NCBI GenBank assembly: GCA_002245135.1
Contig: NGBS01000006.1
Location: forward strand, 1-64,000
DNA length: 64,000 bases
DNA from: Proteromonas lacertae
Lineage: Eukaryota
Reading direction: 5' to 3'
Each line of letters begins with the position of its first letter. Within the stretch, counting starts at the first letter, position 1. The notes under the pieces were generated by a model. It worked only from the letters and a program-made list of their open reading frames with translations. It had not been told where the DNA came from and searched no databases. Positions 1 to 11,919 of the stretch are shown here, one piece after another. A program made the position numbers and the translations under genes.

Positions 1-703
1 TATTAGAGAAGAATTAAAGAAAAATCCAAATGGTTATGTTGGAAGTAATGAGTGCATAATATATATATATATTTCATGTAATAATTTAGATGATATTGGA
101 TGGAGATGTATTTGAGTTGATAAAATTGGTTTTAAACCTATTTTCTAAAGATATATATATTGTTAAACTAGTCTACACAATCCTTCTATTGATTTATTCA
201 ATAAATGTAGAGAAAATAAGAAAAAAAGGTTATGATCTATTTATAAATATCATACTGATTATAGTTTTTTTAATTGGATTTTATTTGTCTATTTATATAA
301 CCTTTCTACAAGTAATATTTCAAATTATTCAGAAACATATGATAATTGTTGCAGAAATCATGTTTCATCTAATAGAGTATATAATATTATATGTACAGTA
401 TAGTGTGATTTATTAAAAGAAAATGATTGTAAAAGTATTGATGAATATATAAAGTCTGTGCCTAAAAGATCAATTTTCTTCTTGGAAATTTAATAAACAT
501 GATGTAGTTTTATATATATTTAGTTATACACGTATGATTATTATTTATTATAGACTATTAGTTGTTTGCTATTGTTTTTGAATATAACACGATTGAAGAA
601 GAAAGAGAAAAGAAACAAAGAATTTGAAAGGCTGTTAATTAAACTTGGATATGAAGATTTAGTTAATGAATACCATTCAGATAGTTTAATTTCAAACAAT
701 TGA
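1..703 (+). CDS. 3' part of a multi-exon hypothetical protein (5' end outside window)
   Basis: The last exon after the TAG acceptor at 551-553 reads TISCLLLFLNITRLKKKEKRNKEFERLLIKLGYEDLVNEYHSDSLISNN* (TGA 701-703). Upstream exons could not be joined cleanly. Confidence 0.4.
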
Positions 704-952
704 CCTATGATATATTAGAAGTATTGATATAAGATAGTTTTTCATTCTTTTTTTAATCTCATCATATTTATATTTACTCATTCTTTTCTAATTATCATGA
801 TGTAGAATTATATCCAAATATGTTAGTAAAGACTAAATTGATTTGAATCTGAATTAAAAGAAAAGATTTGTAGGTCAGCTTGATAGAGTATGCGATTGAA
901 TCAGATATTGCATCTGTGTTTCATGATTAATATTATTGGTTAAATATTAAAG

Positions 953-3900
953 ATGAAATTTACAGTGTTGTGTGTTATCTGTATGACTAATATTGTTATA
1001 AATGAATAGTACTATATGTTATGCCTTCATTGTGTGTTGGTAGTTTCAAGTATGAGTATAATCATTTTCATTTGAAAGTTGGAGAAGAAGCTACAATCAA
1101 TAAACCAATTGATGTAAAAGATGGTTTATATGTTGTTGATAAAAAATTACCAGAAGGTTTATGGCTTAACCCAAACAGTGGATATATTTCTGGAGTTCCA
1201 ATTGCTGAATCAAGTGGCTATTACACCATAACATATAATGCAGGAAGAGAAGATGCAGCTGTTTGCAGATTAAAAATTGTTTGTATGTTTAAATCCTTAA
1301 TTTTCCTAGGATGTCTGCTCCAGTTATAAATTGTGGAGTTTCTAAAGCTAACAACTGTTTCTCTCATTAATACAGTTATAGTTTGTACATCCACAAGTGA
1401 AATTCCTGAAGATTGGTTGGTCAATTTTCCCAAAAGATGTGAAAGGTATTACTCAAGATGGTCCTTATTGAGATTTAATAATTTCAATCCTCAAACCAAT
1501 ATGAAAATTACTATTGAAGCTAGAAATGCTGTTGGAACTGGTATATTTGAAATAGAAATTGTTAAAGTTGAAAATCCTATATTAAATAATGGTATTTATG
1601 TTAGATTCAATGATTTGGAAACAACAAGATGTGGTGATTATTATGATGGTATATCTGTTTATGACTTCTATGAAGGTGTAATGAATGATTTATCTGGATT
1701 AACTGATTTTGAACAATGGAAAGTAAGATGGATATATCTGTTTCAGGTGTAATAACATCATTTAATGGCACAATGGATGGATTTATTAATATTGAAACAG
1801 CTGGTGAATATACATTCTATATGCAAACTGGTAATGAAATGAATGCTAGAGTGTTTATTGATGATGTAAAAGTATTATCAGATTGGAGTGAATGTAAACC
1901 TTTAATGAATCATTACAATCATCCAAAGTGAAACTAGAGAGTGGTTTAAGAAGAGTAATAATCGAATTTATGGGAGGTGAAGGATTAGATTTCCATTTTG
2001 TATTTGACTATTCACTTCCAGGTAGTTCAACAAGAAAAACAATTCCATTTAAATATTCCAAATCTTCTTTTGATCCAGTATTATTTTTATCTGTTGATTC
2101 TTTAGAAGTTAGTTGGTTATATGATGCTTTCAGTTTAACTGCAATTCATGTTGGAAGAGGTAAAGCTGAAAGTTGTTGGATTAGTAATAATGCAGAATTA
2201 CCTGAAGGATCAGAAGTAACAGTTGATGGTATAAAAGGCCATCCACAATCTGAAATGGACCAAACAGAATATAAAGTGAAATGTAAAAATGGAGATAGTG
2301 AAACAAATGAAATAACAATAAAACTTCGTGTAACAAAGAAAACTATAGAAGGAGTTCGATCTTATTATTATAAACCTCATAATTTTGATACAAGTTTATT
2401 TACCAAATATGGACCAAATGTAGATGGTTTAGAAGCATCTTACATTCAAAAGCAAGATCAGCCATTTATAGAAGAAACTCAAGAAAAACCTCATCCTGAA
2501 GGATTGAGTATCGAATTTCTTGATGATTATGGTGTTTATTGGGAAGGCTATCTTCATCCACAAAAAGAAGATATTGGTATTAATACTTTCAAAATAAATG
2601 CCGAAGGTGGTTATTGGATTTATATTGATAATAAAGAAATATTATCTAAACCAGGAAGAAATAAGGTAGATAATCCAAGTTATTTTGATTATAATTTAAC
2701 TGATGATTCATTCTTTGTTCAAATATATTATGTTTCACATCAAGGTCATGCTTGTTTCAAGTTCTCCTGGAAGAAATCAAATCAAACTGAAGATGATTAT
2801 AGTGATTTCCTTCCATTTAGATATATTCCAGTAAATGATTATTTCTTAATGAGTCAAAGTACAGCTACTTATCTAAAAGGTCAAGTAGTAGAAAATAATG
2901 GAATTCCAGTTGAAGATTTTGATTGTAAAGATGTAAAAGTTAATCCTCCATTACCCGATGGTTTAGAAGCTCATTGTTCAAATAATCCATTCAATCCCGT
3001 AATAATAGCAGGAACTGCAACATCAGAAAGATTTATTGAAATGAAAGAACATACAGTAACAGTAACAAGTTCAAAAGATAAATCTGTTTCAACAAGCATT
3101 TATATTTCTATAAAACGTATAATTTATGTAATAACTATTGTTTAAATAGCTGTTGAATCACCATCTGGTTTTTATATATTAGATCTTCAAAGTGGAAAGA
3201 AATATAGTGATGAGATTACTTTAGTTGTAGGTGAATTCTATGATCTTCAATTCCATGTAGAAAGTGGATATGTAATTTCATTTGGTATAGAGAATATTCC
3301 AGTTGGATTTACATTTAATTGGGAAAGTTCAACCCTTTCTGGTAGTCCTAGAGAAGAATTAAATACAAGAGTAATAGTAAATGCTTATGTTCTTCCATCT
3401 GATGGTGATAATAAAGAATTCTCATTTAAAATAAAAGCAGCTAATTCTTGTGAAAGTGGCAAAAGACATTTATTTCATTTTAGTAATGATTTTGTTGATA
3501 ATGGACAATTTTTGACGCTTATAGTTACATCATCTAATAATAGCGTGGTATTTGATGTAATTGAAAGAGAAACAGTTAGTTTACCTCGTAGTTACAGTAA
3601 ATGCCTTCCAGAAGATACCTATAAAATAGTAGTAAGTGGAAAATTTGATTATTATTTAGCAATATATAATAATGGTAGAAGAATCTATAGACTTTATGCT
3701 AATTATCCTGATGCTGAATCTCAAAGTGTTAGACTAAATACAGGTATATATATATATATATAATTATATTAAATATTATAATTATTATTTGTAATAGAAC
3801 CTGTTTTACCAAAATTCAAATATACAACAAATAATGTAACATATTATCAATCGAATCAAGTATTATTAATTCCATCTATTAACACGTTTATCGAATATTT

Positions 3901-6900
3901 TACTATAACACCTTCTACATTACCAAAAGGTATTATATTTAACAACATAACAGGAAGAATATATGGAAGAGCTGATGAAGTAACAAAGATAACAAATTAT
4001 AAAATCACAGCTCATAATGATAGAGGTCAAGTTTCATTTGATATGATAATAGAAGTTCTTCCAGATACACAAGAAGATGATTGTGATAATGCTGGAAAAT
4101 TCTTAATTGGATTAACGCTAGTTAAAGGAAAATATGATAAACCTGGATATAAATTAATAAACTCTAAAGATGAAGTTGTGTATGAAAAAGTAGATAATAA
4201 TGTCATTGCATATCCTATTGATAGTGTTAAAATATGCATAGAAAAAGGAGTTTATACATTGAGATTGATTGATTTTGGTGGACGTGGATGGTTTGAAACA
4301 AATATGACATTATCAGCAGGTAATTCAATTGTTGGAAGTTATACAATGTTTAGTGATGATAAAGGAGAAGTAAATGTAATTAAAGATTGTATATATAAAT
4401 ATAATTATTCATTTCTTTATTAAATAGTTAACTATCTGATTGATACTCATACTGAATGGAAATACAGTCAAGAATATATTCCAAATTGGGAATTTAAGAA
4501 TGGTTCAGTTTCTTGGGAAAAAAGTACAATAAAAGAATTACCAAAACCAGAACAATCTAAACCAACATACTATTTGAGATATGCATTAGAATTCCCAAAT
4601 TATAAAAATTATTCAGGATATTTAATTCGAATTAAACATAAATCAGGTGTAATAGTTCGAGTAAATGGAAGAGTAATATTTCGAGATAATTTACCAGATG
4701 GAGATGTCGATGAAAATACACCAGGAGATACTGCTTATGAAAGATCAAAAGAAGAGAATTTCATATTGCCAATCGATGATTTAAATGAAACAGCAATAAT
4801 AACATATGAAATTCATAAAAGTCCAAATGATGATAATTTCCCAAATGAAGATAAATTCTTTATATTCCCATTAGGAGATAATAATGAAAATTGTATTTTA
4901 GTAACACATTATGGAGGAAGAGTGACAGATTCATCAAGTGGAAAATATGGTAAAAATCTTGCGAATTATGCTGATACTGCTTTTGGCTTAAGAACAGGAT
5001 ATATGTGGAGAGATGATTATGGTACTGTAGATGGTTACTCATATGCAGATTATTCATTTGGTGAAAATAATCATTATGCTTTTAATCAGTTTACAATCAC
5101 ATCTTATACTGATTCACCATATTGTTATCCAAAGAAAGTAAGATTAAGTGGTATGACAGATGAAGGAAATGTAGAAATAGGTTCATTAGATCCAGTTAAT
5201 TACATGATTTTGAAGAAACATACACCAGGAAGAGCTACCTTCAATGTAGATCCCCATACGTTATATAAAAGCGTTAGGATAGATATACCAGAATCAAAAT
5301 ATTATGATGAAAATAATAAAGGAATGGATGTAATAGAAATTGGTTATAATTTATGTGTTAATAAGAAATGTCCTGTTAATCCTATCATAAATCTTCCAGA
5401 AGGAATATCTAATACATTCTTTAAAGCGAATTGTACAACTCCAAGTATATCTGGTGAAAGATATTTCTACTGTTCAAACTTTGGTCTTTGGATAGAAGTA
5501 AATACAACTTGTAATGAACCGCCCAAATTTATCAATACAGAAAAGACTTTTACTTTTGAAGTTGGAGTTACTTATTCAGATGAATCGATATATGAAGTGA
5601 CAGGAAATCCTACAGAATATTATTTTAACTGCACTACTTGTGAAGCAGGTAAATTTATTCCTGGATTGGTATTTTATTCAAATTTCGGCTTAATATCTGG
5701 AACTCCAATTAAGAATGCAACATACGTAGTAATCTGTACTGTTTCTAATGACTATGGCTCAGATAATATAACAATGACGATAATTGTCAAACCATCCAAT
5801 AATATCATTGTATATAGATATAAGTTACAATTTGTAGCTAATATATATGAAGAAATTAAGGATTATCAATTATTTTGGGTTGAAAGTCCTTTTCCAGTGA
5901 CATATAGTGTAGATGAACTTCCAGAAGGTTTTACATTAAATTCATCAACTGGTTTTCTTAGTGGTATGACACTTACACCAATTTATAAAGATTATTTATT
6001 TACTATAAAGAATACAGCTGGTCAACGAACTACAAGATCAATTGAATTTTTTATAGATGAACCTAACCTTGTAGTAATGGTTGAATCTGTAGATAAATTA
6101 GAATTGGTTTATATGATGGATTATCAGAATCAATATCCAATAGTGTGTTATGCTGAGAGATTAAGTTACAGTATTGATAAAGATTTACCTTATAATTTGA
6201 CGTATGATATTGTAACAGGTGCAATGAGTGGAAAAGTAACAGCTCCAATTCAATCAGCTGTTAATTATACATTCTCATGTTCAGGTGAATATAATACAAT
6301 TTCCAAAACAATTCCAGTTTCAATAATTGAATCAGATGATCCAGTAATAATAAGTCAAAATGAATCTGTTACATTAATAGCAGGTGAAGAATTATTAAAT
6401 GCTCAATTCTTTGTAGTAAGTGGAAATAATTTAGTTTATTCAATCACTCCATCATTACCAAATGGAATAACAATGGATTCAAAGAATGGAAGATTTAATG
6501 GTTATGCCAAAACAGATAATCAAAATAAAACTTATACAATCAATGTATCAAATGGTAAAGTGTCAATTCAATTGAAAATGTCAATTGAAGTAATAAAAAG
6601 TGATAAACCAATAATTCCTGATTCAACAATAAAGAAAAATATAACAGTAGCAACAGGAACATTAGTGTCAATTCAATTGTTTGATGTAATTGGAGATGGT
6701 TTATCAGTTTCAGTAAATCCACCATTACCAGATGGTTTTATGATTTATTCCATCTGGTTATTTACAAGGAGTTTCTGTAGTTGATGTTGAACCACAAGAT
6801 TATTTAATAATAGTAACAGATATGAATGGTAAATTCAGCGAGTGTAACAATCACATTAGAATTTATAGCAAAGAAATGTTCTAGCTGAATGGTGGTTTTC

Positions 6901-7199
6901 CAGAAACTTTAGTAGGAGATAATGCTATAATAAAATGTGGAGGAGGTCGATCTGGTTATATAATGAGAAGATGTATTTATGTAAATGGAAATGCAATCTG
7001 GCAATCTCCAATCGATGAATGTTCAGGAAGTATAGTTGGTGCATTAATTGGAATAATAATTGGTTGTATAATTGGAGGAGGAGTTTTATTTTTAGGAGGT
7101 TATTGTATTTATGTTCGAATAGGAGGAAGAACAAAACATGTTCGAAAAACAACAGAGCATATAGTTGATGCTTTGAAAGATTCAGCTGTAAGAATATAA
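953..7199 (+). CDS. Large type-I membrane surface protein: signal peptide, Ig-like (He_PIG-type) repeats, two PA14-like domains, Cys-rich modules, C-terminal TM helix; about 10 apparent 1-nt frameshifts
   Basis: ATG 953 plus a short intron gives the signal peptide MKFTVLCVILLYVMPSLCVG. Repeated LPxGLxLxxxxGxISGxP Ig-like motifs. PA14-like segments GFINIETAGEYTF..ARVFIDD and WEGYL..FKINAEGGYWIYIDN. TM segment IVGALIGIIIGCIIGGGVLFLGGYCIYV. GT-AG introns near 981, 1283, 3117, 3743 and 4389. Confidence 0.8.
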
Positions 7200-7303
7200 T
7201 CATTCTTCAATTAACTTTCATTATTATTATTATTATATTCTCTCTCCTGTTATTAACACACTGAATATAAATAATTATCACATAACAGTATTAGTTTTTC
7301 TTG

Positions 7304-7486
7304 TCACTCATTCTGTCCATATATATTATCACCTCTATATACTTGAGGAATATTATTACCACCTTCACTTGCACCATAAATCGGTCTGGAAGAGTAGACA
7401 GTCTACCATTAGCCACAAAAAATAATGTATATATTTAATCAAATGTAGTATACATTATTAAAACATTCATCAACACCATCACTCAT
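7304..7486 (-). CDS. Candidate spliced microprotein (43 aa, or 33 aa if a second 30-nt intron is removed)
   Basis: ATG 7486; exon MSDGVDECFNN; GTATAC..GTAG intron 7453-7403 containing an in-frame stop; exon TVYSSRPIYGASEGGNNIPQVYRGDNIYGQNE*. Confidence 0.5.
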
Positions 7487-7634
7487 TTAAATCTTTACTT
7501 ATCTCATAATCTGTAATTTTTGTTTATGATACTATAAAACGACTATAAATTTTGGAATTAATTGGGGGAATTCTAAATTTTTGGATCAACTTCTATTTTG
7601 AATATTTCTCTATTCTTCAGTCAATAAGATATCT

Positions 7635-10600
7635 ATGTCTAATGAAACAGATTTATTTGTATGAGTGTTACCATGTATATTCTATAAATAGAATAAAGAT
7701 AGTATTGATTACTTAAAAGAAGTAGTTTCAATAATAGAAGATGTATAAAATAGAAAAAATGATAATATTAAATAGATAAGCCATGATGATGTAAATATAG
7801 TGACAGATAGTAGAGAAAAGGATGAGATCGGTAAATGGCGAAAAACTGTAAGGAGTAGTTTAGAAAGTGGTGTAGATGAGAATATTTTTGAAGAACCTAT
7901 TGCTGTATACATAGTTTAAATATATAATAATAGAAGCAAGCTTTAAAATTACTAGATGAAGAATTAGAGAAAGTAGATAGTCGATACAATGAATATATAA
8001 TTACTACAAGTGAAATAGATCATAGTAGTGAGATAATGTACAGTCTATCTTTCTTGCCACTTCATTTATTCAGCGGAAATGAAGTTAGTTATTGGAACAA
8101 CCAAATATGTGATTTTATATTAAAAAATACAGAGTTTTTACATGAAGTATTAAAGACAACAGATGATCTATGCAGTGAAAATAGTAAAAAATCCCAACCA
8201 TTCAAGCCAAGCTTAACTAAAAAAGACTTATTAAAGCCTTTAAGTAAGTTAAAATGTAAAGAATTAGTAAATAGTTGTTTAGAATTGTTAAAATATGAAT
8301 ATAATCGTAGATGTAAATACATCGAAGAAAATGATGAATTTGATGAAAATTACAAAACTAATATTTCTAACCGTAATAAAAAGTTATATGAAAAACTAGT
8401 CAATAATTTAAGTAAAAATATTCCATCAGAAAGTGAAATTGAAGAAGAAATAATGAGTAATTATAATAATAATAAAACTAACGATGATAAAAATATAAAT
8501 AAGAATAAAAATCAATCAAATTTTAGTTGTTTTAGCTGTATATTTTGTATTAACACAAGTGAAGATAAAGAAGGAGATAAGGCAAAGAGAATAAGTGAAG
8601 TAATATATGAAGAAGAAGATGAAGACGAAGAAGAAGATGATGATGATGAAGAAAAAGAAAAAGAGAATGAAATAGAAAATAAACAACAACAACAACAACA
8701 ACCTAAAGCTATTCATTATATATATAACAGTGATTGTCTTTACATTAATGATGTAAACTATGACACTGATAATCAAATATCATTTCTATTGAATGTAATG
8801 AAAAAAATAACTACTAATAGTGAAAGTAAAATCAAAAATTCGAATGAATATAATAACCAACAACAACAACAATTGGAGAATGATATATCCGTTTTAAATG
8901 ATAGTTTGCCACATCGAGCCGTATCTCTAATTACTACATATAAGAATCTATTCTTTATTGATCCAGTAGTTATTCAAATATGTTATTTATTGTTACTAAG
9001 TAATGGATTTATTGATCATGTTGCTACTCCATGTGATGCTATTTTAGAAGATATTTATAATGAAACTGATATAGCTAAAATCCTAACAAGTTCATTCTAT
9101 AAATATATAAATGAATTAAAGAGTAGATTAGATAGTTTATTGAAAAAAGAAAGTAAAAAATTGATTATAAATCAACATAAGAAATATATTAAAACTATCT
9201 ATGATGATATAATAGAAGGTTTAGAATATTCAATGCATTATTTATACTTACTCCCACGACAATATGCTGCAATAATATTTAGAGAATTGATGATAATATT
9301 TGAATTAATATGGGAAGTAAAGAATAAAGTATTATTGTCAAATAATAATAATGAATCAACATCTACTCCAGTACAGCAATGGATTCAACAAAGTACACTT
9401 TATACTGATATACGAATACATTATCATAATATATGGAAGAAAACAAATTTAAATATTGTATTAGATGATATATATAATGAAGAAGAAGAGGAAATTATCA
9501 AAATATGTATATCAAATGAAACAAGTGTAGAAGTTGAATTAACTCCAATGAATTATATAATTAAAAGGAAAGTGGACAATATCAATAGTAATTTCTATTA
9601 TTATGGTGGTGGTAGAAGAAGTAGTGAAATAATATTACTAAATGAAGAAGAAGAGCCAAAAATAAAAGAAGAAAATAAGAATGAAAATAGTGAAGATGAA
9701 AATGATAATTTTTTTGGATATAAAATAAAATCAATTAAATATAATAGTGGTAATTATGACTACAATATGAGAGTTGGTGATATAATATTAAGTTATGGAA
9801 CAAATAATGCAAATGTTCTACTAACAAAACATACTCTAAAGTCATTGGAAACTTTATTTATCCAATCATATTCACCTATTTCTATTATATTGTTAATTAA
9901 AAAAGATATTAACAGTAACAATAATAATAATAATAGTCGTTACATTCCATTATCTTTATTTAGTTTAGGATGTATAACTCATGAGTTATTATATTCAATG
10001 GAAAGTATGGTTACTTTTGATGAAACAAGAATATTTGATAAGTTTTTTCCTAATGAAGATGTATTTTATAATTTATCAAGTTGGTGTTATATTTCTGAAT
10101 ATAGAAAAGATATAGAATATATTATTAAATATTCATATTATTTCCATGATGGTTATAATCCTTTTATATCTTTTCTGTTAACAGAAATTCAAGGATTTTT
10201 ACATAAATATGGTAATGAATTGAAAATCAATGATTTATTCATAAAGCTATACAATATATTTTGTTATAATTATATCTATGGAACAAATTATCGTATTAAG
10301 AATTTGTATATGAATGAAATAATAAATAATGAGTCGTTTCTAACAATATCTAAAAAGGAAAGACATTCTTTATCAGTTGCCAATCAGATTAAATGGTTAA
10401 TTATGTACAGTTTTAATACATACTTATCATTCTTTGTAGAATCAACAGTTGATAAAATATTCTTATTTTGTAATTATTTAATATCAGATACTGTACTGAG
10501 TTATATGAATGAAATTACGATGATTGGAAAGGATATATTGAAAAATGAACAGTTTAATGAAATTTATAAACCAAAATTAATACAACAACAAAATAATAAT

Positions 10601-11819
10601 AATAATGAAGATAATGATAATAATGATGAGAATAAAGAGATTTATAAATATTTTATCATCATTAACAATTTACATGTTTGTAGACATCATATTAATGATT
10701 TATTTGAGTTTATAATAACTGAATTGAATGATACATCTGAATCTGTATATATTATATATCATTATTTATGTTATTTATAGAAAATTGATAGTATAGTTGT
10801 TCCTGATGAATTACCTCATGATAATGATGAAATGTGGGATAGACAGTTGTATATATCTTATTATTATTATATTATATTAATAGATTTGGTATAAATGGTG
10901 ATGAATGTCATTTTTCGCAAGACTTTGAAGTTCTTTCAATAGAAATAATCGAAACAAACCTTATGAAAGAAAGTGAAATATTATCTAATTATTTATTTGA
11001 ATTTCTGATTGGTGATTCTTATGAGAACATTAATAAAGGAATTTATACAAAACATTCCACTTTTTATCCAATTCAATTACCTCCATTTAATTGGGGAATA
11101 TTAGAAGATAATACAAAGACAATATGTATTGTGGTAAGAATAATAGAGAGCTGAAACAATGAATATGATATTTGAGAATCACTTCAAAATTGATATGTCA
11201 AAATTTAAGAATGAAATAAATGTGAATGGAAAAATCAATTATGATAAAGAGTTTGAATTAAATTTGAATTTGAAATTGAAGTTCAGTCATATAAAACTAG
11301 CAGAAAAGAGTGATAGTTTAATAAACAAAGCAATAAATGAAATGTTACTGAATTATATAAAAGAATATGAAGTAAAGGTGATTAATCCAATAATAAAGTT
11401 ATATGGGAATAATGAGATAGAGAATTTAGAATGTTTAAATAAATTAATATTTGATAATTATCAAGTTATTAAAAGTGATTCTATATCCACAGTTGTTCAG
11501 AAGATTTATATTGAAGTTTATAGATGTTTTAATTTTGAATGTATTTACAAAGATATTGTTACATTGTAAATATAATAAGTTTGTGAAAAATGAATATTCT
11601 GTTGATCAAATAAAAGAATTTTTGAGGTTTTATAATGTTATTGAAGTGTATGTTGAAGAATTGGATGATCATTTCAAAGAAAGTAGGCCAAATACATATT
11701 TACATGATTTGATAGATTCATTAATTAGTAATAGCAAATTTCATAAAAGTTGCTATACTGAATGTAAGAGTGAAAGTGAAATTGTTGAAGTGATTAAGAA
11801 AAAGATTAATAAAAAGTAA
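7635..11819 (+). CDS. Large helical hypothetical protein with acidic and Asn/Gln tracts and a degenerate PDZ-like segment
   Basis: ATG 7635 and three short 5' introns lead into the 914-aa ORF. Further introns at 10745-10780 and about 10849-10883. FFGYKIK..MRVGDIILS is PDZ-like. Apparent frame breaks near 11148 and 11530. Confidence 0.65.
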
Positions 11820-11919
11820 TTTACCCTATTTTTCACATTTGCAATTGTTTTGTTTTGTGTGTATATTGAATATAATTTTAAAAAATAAACATAAATGTTA
11901 AATAATTGAAGAAAAAAAT

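Noticed and set aside
797..853. Possible C/D box snoRNA (ATGATG...CTGA)
   Set aside because: Imperfect C box, no convincing terminal stem or guide, and expected by chance in AT-rich DNA.
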